DNA from: Rhodospirillales bacterium BBD 1991-14
GTDB taxonomy: Bacteria > Pseudomonadota > Alphaproteobacteria > Kiloniellales > Kiloniellaceae
Reading direction: 5' to 3'
Length of the DNA stretch: 64,000 nt
NCBI GenBank assembly: GCA_001657395.1
Contig: LYSY01000012.1
Location: 18,909-82,908 of the forward strand
Shown piece by piece: positions 53,858 through 63,435 of this stretch. The notes under the pieces are model-generated. The model saw only the letters and a program-made list of their open reading frames with translations, searched no databases and was not told the DNA's origin. A program made the position numbers and the translations under genes. Each line of letters starts with the position of its first letter. Positions within the stretch are counted from its first letter, which is position 1.

Positions 53858-54985
53858 ATGAGCAAGTTCCTCACCACCCATGTCGGCAGCCTGCCGCGTC
53901 CGGACGCGGTCTGCGACGTGCTGCAGGCGCGCGAGGAGGCCGGGGCGGCGCCCGAAGACTTTGAAGACGTGGTTGGCGAGGCCGTGGAGGCTGTGGTCGC
54001 CCGCCAGGCGGCCCTGGGGATCGACGTGGTCTCCGACGGCGAGTTCTCCAAGATCGGCTATGCCAACTATGTGAAGGACCGGCTTACCGGTTTCTCCGGC
54101 GACAGTCCGCGCATCCCCGGCGCCGACCTGGAGGACTTTCCCGGCTTCCTCAAGATGCTGGCGCGCTGGCGCGAGGGCGCCCTGCCACGCCCCACGCCCT
54201 GTTGCACCGGTCCGGTGGAAGTCAAAGACCGTGCGCAGTCGACGGCCGACCTGGCACGGCTGCGCCGGGCCGTAGAGAAAGCCGGGGCTCATGACGGCTT
54301 CGTCAATGCCGCCTCGCCGGGCGTCATCGCCCTGTTCCAGGCCAACCGCTACTATCCCGACCGCAGCGCCTATTTGGAGGCCCTGGCCGAGGCGATGAAG
54401 GAAGAGTACCGCGCCATCGTCGAGGCCGGCTTCTTCCTGCAGATCGACTGCCCGGACCTGGGCATGGGACGCCACACCACCTTCAAGAACGACGACGAGG
54501 CGACCTTCCTCAAAAGTGCCCATGAACAGGTGGAGGTGTTGAACGCCGCGCTGGACGGCCTGCCGCCGGAGCGGTTGCGCATTCATGTCTGCTGGGGCAA
54601 CTACGAGGGGCCGCACACCCGTGACATCGGGTTGGACAGGATCATCGGCATCGTTCTGAAGGCGAGGCCCGCGACCATCCTGTTTGAGGCGGCCAACCCA
54701 CGCCATGCCCACGAATGGCGCGTCTTCGAGGCGGTGGACCTGCCGGAAGACAAGATCCTCGCCCCCGGGGTCATCGACAGCACGTCCAACTACGTGGAGC
54801 ATCCCGAGCTGGTTGCCGAACGGCTGCTGAAGTTTGCCGCCATCGCCGGGCCCGAGCGCGTGATGGCGGGGACGGACTGCGGTTTCGGCACCTTCGCCGG
54901 GGACGGCCTGGTGGATGCCGAGGTCTGCTACGCGAAACTGGACTCGCTGGTCGAGGGAGCGCGCCTGGCGCGCGCCCGGGTCTAG
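53858..54985 (+). CDS. Single-barrel MetE-like zinc thiol-alkyltransferase (cobalamin-independent methionine synthase II / epoxyalkane:CoM transferase family)
   Basis: THVGSLPRP, SDGEF, LQIDCPD, HVCWGNY (Zn ligands His and Cys), TDCGF (Zn ligand Cys). Confidence 0.87.
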   Translation: MSKFLTTHVGSLPRPDAVCDVLQAREEAGAAPEDFEDVVGEAVEAVVARQAALGIDVVSDGEFSKIGYANYVKDRLTGFSGDSPRIPGADLEDFPGFLKMLARWREGALPRPTPCCTGPVEVKDRAQSTADLARLRRAVEKAGAHDGFVNAASPGVIALFQANRYYPDRSAYLEALAEAMKEEYRAIVEAGFFLQIDCPDLGMGRHTTFKNDDEATFLKSAHEQVEVLNAALDGLPPERLRIHVCWGNYEGPHTRDIGLDRIIGIVLKARPATILFEAANPRHAHEWRVFEAVDLPEDKILAPGVIDSTSNYVEHPELVAERLLKFAAIAGPERVMAGTDCGFGTFAGDGLVDAEVCYAKLDSLVEGARLARARV

Positions 54986-55046
54986 CCATGACGGGCCTTT
55001 TGTCGTCCTGAGAATCCGGCAGGCCCGCCGCTTGAAAGGAGCGACG

Positions 55047-55619
55047 ATGCGCAGAGAGCTTGACGTTCATTACGACGAGGAGACAGGGGCCTGGTTCGGC
55101 AAGTCGACGCCTGTTTCCAGCAAGGAAATGCAGGGCCGCATCTGGCGCTTTCGCGATCTCACGCCGTCTCCGCGCGCCTTCCTGGACTGCACGCTGCCGG
55201 GACATGTCCGCACGCTGTTCTCCGCGCTGGGCCAGGGGGCCGATGACGAGCAGCTTGAAGGCACCGCGGTCGAGCACGCCGAGAACTATCATATCGACTT
55301 CGTCAAGGCGGCACCGGGGAACGGTGCGGCGCTGCACAGCCACGGCTCGGAGGAGACCTTCATTGCCCTGACCGGCCGCTGGAAGCTGTTCTGGGGCGAC
55401 CAGGGCGAGGAGTCGGCGGTGCTGGAGCCCTTCGACGGAATCGTTGTTCCCGACGGCGTTCTGCGCGGGTTCAGCAACGTTTCGGAATCGGAGGCGGTTC
55501 TTCTTGTCGTGCTCGGTGCCCACAACACCGGGCATTGCATCTGGTCGGAGGCCTTGCGGCCGGCCTTCGCGGGGTTGTCGGGCGAAAACGGCGGGCAGCC
55601 GCCTAAAGAGACGCCGTGA
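55047..55619 (+). CDS. Cupin domain protein
   Basis: GAALHSHGSEETF cupin motif 1 and VPDGVLRGFSN motif 2. GAAAGGAG SD. Confidence 0.8.
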   Translation: MRRELDVHYDEETGAWFGKSTPVSSKEMQGRIWRFRDLTPSPRAFLDCTLPGHVRTLFSALGQGADDEQLEGTAVEHAENYHIDFVKAAPGNGAALHSHGSEETFIALTGRWKLFWGDQGEESAVLEPFDGIVVPDGVLRGFSNVSESEAVLLVVLGAHNTGHCIWSEALRPAFAGLSGENGGQPPKETP

Positions 55620-56373
55620 TCCCGCCATCGACGTAGAGGATGTGGCCGTTGACGAAGCTGGCGGAGTCGCCGCAGAGGAAGATGGCGGCGCCCACCAGTT
55701 CCTCCACCTTGCCCCAGCGCCCGGCCGGGGTGCGTTTGGCCAGCCAGGCGCTGAACTCGGCGTCGGCCACCAGGGCCGCGTTCAGCTCGGTCTCGAAGTA
55801 GCCGGGCGCCAGGCCGTTGACCTGCAGGCCGTGCCTGGCCCAGTCGGTCGCCATGCCCTTGGTCAGGTTGGCGACGGCGCCCTTGGAGGCGGTGTAGGGC
55901 GCGATGCCCGGGCGGGCCAGCGCCGACTGCACCGAACAGATGTTCACGATGCGCCCGCGTCCGCGGGCGATCATGTGGCGTGCCACGGCCTGGCCGACGT
56001 TGAACACCGTGGTGACGTTGGTCTGCATCAGGCGTTCGAAGTCCGCCGGATCGAAGTCCTCCAGCGGCGTGCGGTGCTGCATGCCGGCATTGTTGATCAG
56101 GATGTCGAGGGCGCCGGTCTCGGCTTCGAAAGCATCGACGGCGGCCTTGACCGCCGCGTGCTCGGTGGCATCGAAGGGCAGGCTATGGACCTTGGCGCCT
56201 TCGCCCTGCAGCGTCGATGCGGCTTCCGCCAGGCGCCCGCCGTCGCGCCCGTTGAGCACCACCTCGGCGCCGGCACCGGACAGACCGCGTGCCAGCGCGA
56301 AGCCGATACCGCGGCTGGAGCCGGTAATGAGGGCGCGCTTGCCGCTCAGGTCGAAGAGATCGAGGGAAGGCAT
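55603..56373 (-). CDS. idnO: Gluconate 5-dehydrogenase (SDR)
   Basis: TGSSRGIG, NNAGMQHR, SVQSALARPGIAPYTASKG, APGYF.TELN, RTPAGRWG. Confidence 0.88.
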   Translation of the reverse strand: MPSLDLFDLSGKRALITGSSRGIGFALARGLSGAGAEVVLNGRDGGRLAEAASTLQGEGAKVHSLPFDATEHAAVKAAVDAFEAETGALDILINNAGMQHRTPLEDFDPADFERLMQTNVTTVFNVGQAVARHMIARGRGRIVNICSVQSALARPGIAPYTASKGAVANLTKGMATDWARHGLQVNGLAPGYFETELNAALVADAEFSAWLAKRTPAGRWGKVEELVGAAIFLCGDSASFVNGHILYVDGGITASL

Positions 56374-56509
56374 GGCAGAAGTCCTTGGCGGGGTGTTCGT
56401 GGGAGCGGGCTTGGTGGGGCGGGAAGAGGAGGTGGGTTCCCTTTCTCGGTCATGGGCATGCGGGCGTCAACGCTGATGCCGCAATGGAACGGGCGCCCGC
56501 GGATGAACC

Positions 56510-56917
56510 CTAGTCGGGGTCCTTCTCATAGGCCGTCGTACCGGGCGGGAGTTGAACCCAGGGATGCCGGCGGCAGTCGTAGACGGAATCTGTGGGCGGC
56601 GGAAAGTCCGGGTCGGCGAAGGCGCCCACAGCGACGGCGATACCGCGGTCCTCGCAGCCCTCCTCGGTGTGGAAAAGGTTGGTGCCGCAGACAGGACAGA
56701 AGCGGAACCGGAAGCGGGCACCCTGATCGCCGGTGCGCACATATTCGGTGGCCTTGCCGAAGACCTTGTAGGGCGGCGGGAAGGCGGCCAGCGCGGCGAA
56801 GACGCTGCCGGTCCGGCGCTGGCAGGCAAAGCAGTGACAGAGGCCGACGGCGCCGGGCTCTCCCCGGACCTCGACGCGGAGCTGGCCACAGCAGCAGGCG
56901 GCGGTTCGAGACTGCAT
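56510..56917 (-). CDS. GFA (glutathione-dependent formaldehyde-activating / CENP-V) family protein
   Basis: CCCG, CHCFACQRRTGS and FCPVCG Zn motifs. Start at ATG 56917 after CAGGGAG. Confidence 0.88.
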   Translation of the reverse strand: MQSRTAACCCGQLRVEVRGEPGAVGLCHCFACQRRTGSVFAALAAFPPPYKVFGKATEYVRTGDQGARFRFRFCPVCGTNLFHTEEGCEDRGIAVAVGAFADPDFPPPTDSVYDCRRHPWVQLPPGTTAYEKDPD

Positions 56918-57069
56918 GGGATACTCCCTGAATGGTGGTTCGCTTGCGCGCCGGTCATTGACGGCGATGGGAGCCGGGGCGTCAAGGCCGCACCAGCGGA
57001 CGGCGGCCTTGCAAGACATCAGCCGCTCGGGCAGTCTTTCGTTCTCTTGCGAACTTCAGGACAGAAGTC

Positions 57070-58101
57070 ATGCGTGCGCTCGTTATCCACGCGCCCAAGG
57101 ATCTGCGCAGCGAAGACTGGCCGGTCGAGGCTCCCGGCCCCGGCCAGGTGATGATCGAGATGGCCGCCGGCGGGGTCTGCGGCTCCGACCTGCACTATTA
57201 CAATCACGGCGGCTTCGGCCCGGTGCGCCTGAAGGAGCCGATGGTGCTGGGCCACGAAGTCTCCGGGCGGGTCGCCGCGCTGGGCGATAACGTCGAGGGG
57301 CTGGCGGAAGGCGACCTCGTCGCGATCAATCCCTCGCGGCCCTGCGGGCACTGCGCCTTCTGTCTCGAAGGCGCGCCCAACCACTGCCTGAACATGCGCT
57401 TCTATGGTTCGGCCATGCCCTTTCCCCACATCCAGGGCGCCTTCCGCCAGGCGCTGGTGGTGGAGGCGGACCAGTGCGTGAAGGCCGGAGGTCTCAGCCC
57501 CGGCGAGGCGGCGATGGCGGAACCGCTTTCGGTGGCGCTGCATGCGACGCGTCGCGCTGGCGACCTCTTCGGCAAGCGGGTGCTGGTGACCGGCTGCGGG
57601 CCCATCGGCGTGCTCGCGGTCCTGAGCGCCCGGCGGGCCGGCGCGGCGGAGATCGTCGCCACTGACCTGGAGGACAAGGCGCTGTCCTTTGCGGCCGGCG
57701 GCGGGGCCGACCGCACCATCAACGTCGCCAAGGAACCCGATGCGCTCGGCGCCTATGCCGCCGGCAAGGGGTATTTCGATGTACTCTATGAGGCGACCGG
57801 TGCCGAGCCGGCGCTCGTTTCCGCTCTCGCCGTCATGCGCCCGCGCGGCGTCGTCGTGCAGCTCGGCATGGGCGGTGAGATGACCCTGCCGATGCTGCAG
57901 ATCACGGCGAAGGAACTGGATCTGCGCGGCTCTTTCCGCTTTCACGAGGAGTTTTCCCTGGCGGTCGAACTGATGGCCAAGGGGCTGATCGACGTGAAGC
58001 CGCTCATCAGCCATACCATCGGTTTCGACGAGGCCATCAAGGCCTTCGAGATTGCCGGGGATCGATCCCAGGTGATGAAGGCGCAGATCGCCTTCAACTG
58101 A
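57070..58101 (+). CDS. idnD: L-idonate 5-dehydrogenase (Zn-dependent MDR)
   Basis: CGSDLHYY.HGG, GHE, four-Cys structural Zn site, MRFYGSAMPFPHIQG, GSFRF. Confidence 0.88.
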   Translation: MRALVIHAPKDLRSEDWPVEAPGPGQVMIEMAAGGVCGSDLHYYNHGGFGPVRLKEPMVLGHEVSGRVAALGDNVEGLAEGDLVAINPSRPCGHCAFCLEGAPNHCLNMRFYGSAMPFPHIQGAFRQALVVEADQCVKAGGLSPGEAAMAEPLSVALHATRRAGDLFGKRVLVTGCGPIGVLAVLSARRAGAAEIVATDLEDKALSFAAGGGADRTINVAKEPDALGAYAAGKGYFDVLYEATGAEPALVSALAVMRPRGVVVQLGMGGEMTLPMLQITAKELDLRGSFRFHEEFSLAVELMAKGLIDVKPLISHTIGFDEAIKAFEIAGDRSQVMKAQIAFN

Positions 58102-58136
58102 CTCCGCGTTCCCTTACAGCCGCCGTGAGGACCCTC

Positions 58137-58739
58137 ATGACCGAAATCCCTGCTTTGCGCATGGTCCCCCGGGGCCTGCTGTCCGCCGTCCTCGCCGCCG
58201 CGTTTTGCGTTGCCGCGGTTTTGATGCCGGAGACGGCGCCACGGGCCGCGGACCTGGGGAAGCCTGCCGGGCCCGTCGTCCTGACCGTCGCCGGCGACAT
58301 CGGCGCGGCCAACCGGCCGGCCTTCGACGACGCCAACGATTCCTTCCTGAACTACCACGAGAAGACTTTCCAGTCGGCAGCGGAGTTCGACCGCGCCATG
58401 CTGGAATCCCTGGGCATGCAGAGGGTGGAGATCGCCTACGAAGGCTGGGCCCAGCCCTCGACCTTCGAAGGGCCCTGGCTGAAGGACGTACTCGCCGCTG
58501 CCGGGGCATCCGGCAGGAACGTCACGGTGGTCGCCTTGGACGGCTTCGGTGCCGAGATCCCGGCTGCCGACATCGAGTCCCTCGACTGGGTGGTCGGCCT
58601 GAAGCGCGACGGGCGCTACCTGGGCCTGGGGCAGCGGGGCCCGATCTGGCTGGTCTACCGCCGCCCCGACGGGGCCGTCCTGACCGCGGAGGACGAGCAG
58701 CGTTGGCCCTGGGCGGCCTTCTACATCGAGGTCGAATAG
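58137..58739 (+). CDS. Periplasmic protein with an oxidoreductase molybdopterin-binding-like domain
   Basis: Signal peptide, GPVVLTVAGDI, FD..ML..L, FEGP.LKDVL, ALDG, RGPIWLVY, W.W. Confidence 0.65.
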   Translation: MTEIPALRMVPRGLLSAVLAAAFCVAAVLMPETAPRAADLGKPAGPVVLTVAGDIGAANRPAFDDANDSFLNYHEKTFQSAAEFDRAMLESLGMQRVEIAYEGWAQPSTFEGPWLKDVLAAAGASGRNVTVVALDGFGAEIPAADIESLDWVVGLKRDGRYLGLGQRGPIWLVYRRPDGAVLTAEDEQRWPWAAFYIEVE

Positions 58740-58749
58740 GACCGGTTGC

Positions 58750-59493
58750 TTAAGGCGGGATTTCCCGGCAGTCCCAGGCGAAGACCTTGCCGCTGTCTTC
58801 GGGGGTCAGTCCATCCACCACCGTCAGAAGATGGCCGGCCGCCGTTGCCGGTGAGAACAGCTTTTCCTGGGCGACGCCACGCTGGAACGGCTGCGACAGC
58901 CTGCTGTCGACGGTGCCCGGATGCAGGCCGACGCAGACCGTCTGCTTGCGGTTGCGCGCCACTTCGATGGCCAGGCAGCGGATCGTCATGTTGAGCGCGG
59001 CCTTGGCCGCCCGGTAGCCGTACCAGCCGCCCAGACGGTTGTCGCCGATGCTGCCGACGCGCGCGGACAGCGCCGCGAAGACCGCCTTGCGCTCGCGGTA
59101 CAGCAGCGGCAGGAAGTGCTTGGCCACCAGGGCCGGGCCGATACTGTTGACCTGGAAGCTGCGCGTCAGCGCCGCGGCTTCCAGATGGCGGAAGCTCTTT
59201 TCCGGCTGCAGGGCTTCGCCGTCGTGGAGCAGGCCGCTGGCGACGATTACGAGGCCAAGGGGCGCGGCCGTGGCCAGGTCCTCCGCAGCGGCTGCGACCG
59301 AGGCCTCGTCATCGGTATCCATCTGACCCGGAACGACTTTTTCGGCGGTGGCGGCCGGCTTGCGGGAGAAGGCGTAAACGGTCTCGACCCCCGGGTCGGC
59401 GGCCAGTTGCGCCACCAGCGCCCCCCCGATACCGCCGGAGGCGCCGACCACAGCGGCCCGCACAGGCTGGCCGAAACTGGACAGTGCGTTCAC
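58750..59493 (-). CDS. SDR oxidoreductase (CsgA/C-factor-like)
   Basis: [41 protein letters not shown]. Confidence 0.9.
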   Translation of the reverse strand: MNALSSFGQPVRAAVVGASGGIGGALVAQLAADPGVETVYAFSRKPAATAEKVVPGQMDTDDEASVAAAAEDLATAAPLGLVIVASGLLHDGEALQPEKSFRHLEAAALTRSFQVNSIGPALVAKHFLPLLYRERKAVFAALSARVGSIGDNRLGGWYGYRAAKAALNMTIRCLAIEVARNRKQTVCVGLHPGTVDSRLSQPFQRGVAQEKLFSPATAAGHLLTVVDGLTPEDSGKVFAWDCREIPP

Positions 59494-59628
59494 GGCAGTG
59501 TGATTCCGGGCAAGAAGGGAAAGGGCGGTCTTGGGAACATGCCCTTTAGACCTATATTATCGGGTTGGAAAGAAAAGGAGGGGCTGCCCGGCCCCATAAG
59601 GAAAACGCCCGGAAACTGGGAGTGCCCG

Positions 59629-60612
59629 ATGAGCGAAGGCTATAAGAAAACCGATGAGGCGGTGAAGAGCCTCAGCGACGAGCAGTATGCGGTGACCCAG
59701 CAGGACGCCACCGAACGCCCCTTCCAGAACGCCTTTTGGGACAACAAGGAGCTGGGGCTCTACGTGGACGTGGTCTCCGGCGAGCCGTTGTTCGCCTCCC
59801 GCGACAAATACGATTCCGGCAGCGGCTGGCCCAGCTTCGTGCGCCCGGTCGAACCGGACCACGTGGTCGAGCGCAGCGACGACAGCCACGGGATGCTGCG
59901 TACCGAGGTCCGCTCCAGGCATGGCGACAGTCATCTGGGCCACGTCTTTCCCGACGGTCCGGCGCCCACCGGCCTGCGCTACTGCATAAATTCCGCCGCC
60001 CTGCGTTTCGTGCCCCTGGCCGACCTCGAGGACGCCGGCTATGGCGCCTACCGCGATCTGGTCGATCCGCCGGAGAGCGCAACGGAGAAGGCGACGGGGG
60101 AGGCGCGGGCGGTTTTCGCCGGCGGCTGCTTCTGGGGCATGCAGGACCTCTTCCGCAAGCTGCCGGGCGTGACCGCGACGCGCGTCGGCTACACCGGCGG
60201 CGATCTGGACAATCCGGAGTACCGCGACGTAAAAACGGGGGCGACGGGCCATGCGGAAGCCCTGGAGATCGTCTACGACCCGGCGCGGGTGGGTTATGAG
60301 GATCTGCTGGCCTTCTTCTTCCAGATTCACGACCCGACCACGATGAACCGCCAGGGCAACGATATCGGCAGCCAGTACCGCTCGGCGATCTTCGTGGCCG
60401 ATCAGGCGGAGGCGGATGCCGCCGCGCGGGTCATCGCCGCGGTCAATGCCTCCGGTCTCTGGCCCGGCCCGGTGGTGACCGAGGTGGTGCCGGCCCGGCC
60501 CTTCTACGAGGCGGAGCCGGAACACCAGGACTACCTGGAGCGTTACCCGCACGGCTACACCTGCCACTTCATCCGGCCTAGTTGGCGCCTGCCGCGGACC
60601 GAAGTGGCCTGA
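59629..60612 (+). CDS. msrAB: Bifunctional methionine sulfoxide reductase (MsrB-MsrA fusion)
   Basis: GSGWPSF, HLGHVF and RYCINS (MsrB) followed by GGCFWG, QYRS and AEPEHQDY (MsrA). Confidence 0.95.
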   Translation: MSEGYKKTDEAVKSLSDEQYAVTQQDATERPFQNAFWDNKELGLYVDVVSGEPLFASRDKYDSGSGWPSFVRPVEPDHVVERSDDSHGMLRTEVRSRHGDSHLGHVFPDGPAPTGLRYCINSAALRFVPLADLEDAGYGAYRDLVDPPESATEKATGEARAVFAGGCFWGMQDLFRKLPGVTATRVGYTGGDLDNPEYRDVKTGATGHAEALEIVYDPARVGYEDLLAFFFQIHDPTTMNRQGNDIGSQYRSAIFVADQAEADAAARVIAAVNASGLWPGPVVTEVVPARPFYEAEPEHQDYLERYPHGYTCHFIRPSWRLPRTEVA

Positions 60613-60673
60613 GTCTGGCCGCCTTGGCAGAGCAGTGCTAGGGTCCTCGCCGCCAGCAGCGAGGGGCCCCGCC

Positions 60674-61285
60674 ATGTCGATCATCCGGACCATCGAGGAA
60701 CTGGAAAGCCATTACGGCGTTCCCAACGAGAACTCCACCGTCAAGGAGGTCGACTTCATCACGCCGGAGTACCGGCGTATCATCGAGGTCTCGCCCTTTG
60801 CCGCTCTGGCGACGGCCGGCCCGGAGGGTCTCGACTGCTCGCCGCGCGGCGATATGGCCGGCTTTGTGCGGATCCACGACGACCGCACCCTGATGCTGCC
60901 GGACCGGCGCGGCAACAACCGCATCGATTCCCTGCGCAACATCGTGCGCGACCCGCGCGTCGCCCTGCTCTTTCTGGTGCCGGGGGCGGGCAACACCCTG
61001 AGGGTCAACGGTCGCGCCCACTTGAGTGTCGATCCCGACCTGCTTCAGTCCTTCGCGGTCACGGAAAAGGCGCCGCGCTCTGTCATGGTGATGACCGTGG
61101 AGGCGATCTACTTTCAGTGCGCCCGCGCCATCGTGCGCTCCGACCTCTGGAACCCCGAGAAACACGTCGACTGCCGCAGCCTGCCGACACCCGGTCAGAT
61201 CCTGGCTGCGCTCAGCGACGAGCGGATCGGCGGCAAGGCCTACGACGACGCCTGGGAGGCACGGGCCCAGAAGACCCTCTGGTAG
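60674..61285 (+). CDS. Pyridoxamine 5'-phosphate oxidase-like FMN-binding protein
   Basis: DCSPRGD, PDRRGNNRIDSLRNI, TLRVNG, QCARAIVRS.LW. Confidence 0.87.
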   Translation: MSIIRTIEELESHYGVPNENSTVKEVDFITPEYRRIIEVSPFAALATAGPEGLDCSPRGDMAGFVRIHDDRTLMLPDRRGNNRIDSLRNIVRDPRVALLFLVPGAGNTLRVNGRAHLSVDPDLLQSFAVTEKAPRSVMVMTVEAIYFQCARAIVRSDLWNPEKHVDCRSLPTPGQILAALSDERIGGKAYDDAWEARAQKTLW

Positions 61286-61338
61286 CGCCCCGTGTTAGGC
61301 TGTGATCCTCTGAACGACCCAAACGAAAGCCGCAAACC

Positions 61339-62646
61339 ATGGCCACCGAATACCTGAAGAAAGCCGACAAGACCGCCGCGACAGGCGAACAGGACGTGCG
61401 TCAGACGGTGCAGCAGATCCTGGACGACATCGAAGCGGGCGGAGAGGCCAGGGCGCGCGACTATGCCGCCAAGTTCGACCGCTGGGAGGGTGAGATCCTG
61501 GTCTCGGCCGAGGCGAGGGCGGCGGCGGCGGAGAAGGTGCCGCAAAAGTTGAAGGACGATATCCGCTTCGCCCACGACCAGGTGCGCCGCTTCGCCGAAG
61601 CGCAGCTTGCGGCGCTGCCGGATACCGAGGTGGAGCTGCAGCCGGGCCTCATCGCCGGCCACCGCAACATTCCTATGGCCGCGGCCGGCTGCTACGTGCC
61701 GGGCGGCCGCTACGCCCACGTGGCCTCCGCCATCATGTCGGTCACCACCGCCAAGACCGCGGGTGTCGAGCACGTCATCGCCTGCTCGCCGCCCAAGCCG
61801 GGCGAGGGCGTGAACCCGGCCATCCTCTACACCCTCGACCTCTGCGGTGCCGACTCGGTGCTGGCGCTGGGCGGGGTACAGGGCGTGGCGGCCATGGCCT
61901 TCGGCCTTTTCACCGGCCACAAGGCGGATATCCTGGTCGGCCCCGGCAACCAATTCGTCGCCGAGGCCAAGCGCATTCTTTATGGCCGTGTCGGCATCGA
62001 TATGTTCGCCGGTCCGACCGAGGTTCTGGTCATCGCCGACGGCACGGCGGATCCGGAGATCGTTGCCTGGGATCTCGTCGGTCAGGCCGAGCATGGCTAC
62101 AATTCCCCGGCCTGGCTGATCGCCCTCGACCACGGCCTCGCGGCGGAAGTCGAGCGTCTGGTGCCGGGCATGATCTCCGAGCTGCCGGAGCTCAACCGCA
62201 CCAATGCGGAGGCGGCCTGGCGCGACTACGGGGAGATTGCCGTCGTCGACAGCCGCGAGGAGGCTGCGGCGCTGTCGGACGCCTATGCCGCCGAGCACCT
62301 GGAAGTCCACTGCAGCGATCTCGACTGGTGGCTGGCGCGGCTGCGCAACTACGGCTCGCTCTTCCTGGGGGAGGAGACCACCGTGGCCTTCGGCGACAAG
62401 ACCTCCGGCCCCAACCACATCCTGCCCACCAAGGGGGCGGCGCGTTACACTGGCGGTCTTTCGGTCGGCAAGTTCCTGAAGTCGGTCACCTGGCAGCGGA
62501 TGAACCGGGAATCGACCCGCGACATCGCCCAGGTGACGGCCCGGATCTCCCGCCTGGAAGGCATGGAAGGCCATGCCAAGACCGCTGACATCCGCCTTGC
62601 CAAGTGGTTCCCGGACGAGGACTTCGATCTGGCTGCGGCCGGGTGA
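61339..62646 (+). CDS. hpsN: Sulfopropanediol 3-dehydrogenase (HisD paralog)
   Basis: HisD fold with CYVPGGRYAHVASA, GPGN, QAEHG, EHLE, GDK.SGPNH, SRLEGMEGHA. Followed by an SDR and an MDR as in hpsNOP. Confidence 0.85.
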   Translation: MATEYLKKADKTAATGEQDVRQTVQQILDDIEAGGEARARDYAAKFDRWEGEILVSAEARAAAAEKVPQKLKDDIRFAHDQVRRFAEAQLAALPDTEVELQPGLIAGHRNIPMAAAGCYVPGGRYAHVASAIMSVTTAKTAGVEHVIACSPPKPGEGVNPAILYTLDLCGADSVLALGGVQGVAAMAFGLFTGHKADILVGPGNQFVAEAKRILYGRVGIDMFAGPTEVLVIADGTADPEIVAWDLVGQAEHGYNSPAWLIALDHGLAAEVERLVPGMISELPELNRTNAEAAWRDYGEIAVVDSREEAAALSDAYAAEHLEVHCSDLDWWLARLRNYGSLFLGEETTVAFGDKTSGPNHILPTKGAARYTGGLSVGKFLKSVTWQRMNRESTRDIAQVTARISRLEGMEGHAKTADIRLAKWFPDEDFDLAAAG

Positions 62647-62666
62647 GTGCCGGGCGCGGCGTGACG

Positions 62667-63428
62667 ATGCAGGACCTCTTTGATCTTTCCGGGCGCGTCG
62701 CCTGCGTGACCGGCGCCAGTTCCGGTCTCGGGCGGGGCCTCGCGACAGCGCTGGCGCAAGCCGGGGCGACGGTGGTCGGGGTGGCGCGCCGTAAACCCGA
62801 ACTCATGGCCTGGGCGGAAGAGGTGCGCAGCGCCGGCGGGCAGGCCGAAGCCTGCCAGGCCGACGTCGCCGCGCTCGACGCGCTGCCGGAGGTCGCCCGG
62901 CAGGTTACAGCGCTAGCCGGGGCGCCCGACATCCTGGTCAATGCCGCCGGTCTCAACCCGCGTCAGTCCGCCGACGCCGTCACGCCGGAGGCCTGGCGTC
63001 AGACGTTGGATCTGAACCTCTCGGCGCCCTTCTTTCTCGCCCAGGCCCTGGTGCCGGCAATGCGGGAAAAGGGTTGGGGACGCATCATCAACATCGCCTC
63101 CCTGCAGTCGGCGCGCGCCTTCGCCAAGGGGATCGCCTATGGCGCCTCCAAGGGCGGCATCGCCCAGGTCACCCGCGCCATGGCGGAGGCTTGGTCGCCC
63201 GACGGCATCACCTGCAATGCTCTCGCGCCGGGCTTCTTTCCGACGGAGCTGACGGCAGCGGTCTTCGAAGACACGGCGCTGGTCGAGGGTCTGGCGGCGC
63301 AGACCTGCATCGGGCGCAACGGCCGGCTGGAGGACCTGATCGGCCCGGCGATCTTCCTCGCCTCCCCGGCTTCGGACTACGTGACCGGGCAGGTCCTGTT
63401 CGTCGACGGCGGTTTCACCGCAAAGTGA
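62667..63428 (+). CDS. hpsO: SDR dehydrogenase, probable HpsO
   Basis: TGASSGLG, NAAG, ASLQS, YGASKGG. Context between hpsN and the MDR gene. Confidence 0.72.
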   Translation: MQDLFDLSGRVACVTGASSGLGRGLATALAQAGATVVGVARRKPELMAWAEEVRSAGGQAEACQADVAALDALPEVARQVTALAGAPDILVNAAGLNPRQSADAVTPEAWRQTLDLNLSAPFFLAQALVPAMREKGWGRIINIASLQSARAFAKGIAYGASKGGIAQVTRAMAEAWSPDGITCNALAPGFFPTELTAAVFEDTALVEGLAAQTCIGRNGRLEDLIGPAIFLASPASDYVTGQVLFVDGGFTAK

Positions 63429-63435
63429 GGATTCC

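Noticed and set aside
53858..54985. Canonical metE
   Set aside because: It is only about 375 aa (a single barrel), has no evident Met-related context or riboswitch, and lies inside a sugar ABC operon.
59629..60612. MsrB-MsrA fusion order and Zn-less MsrB as a novelty
   Set aside because: Both are known, common variants.
61339..62646. Histidine-biosynthetic hisD
   Set aside because: No his genes are adjacent, and the sequence features and SDR/MDR neighbours fit hpsN better.
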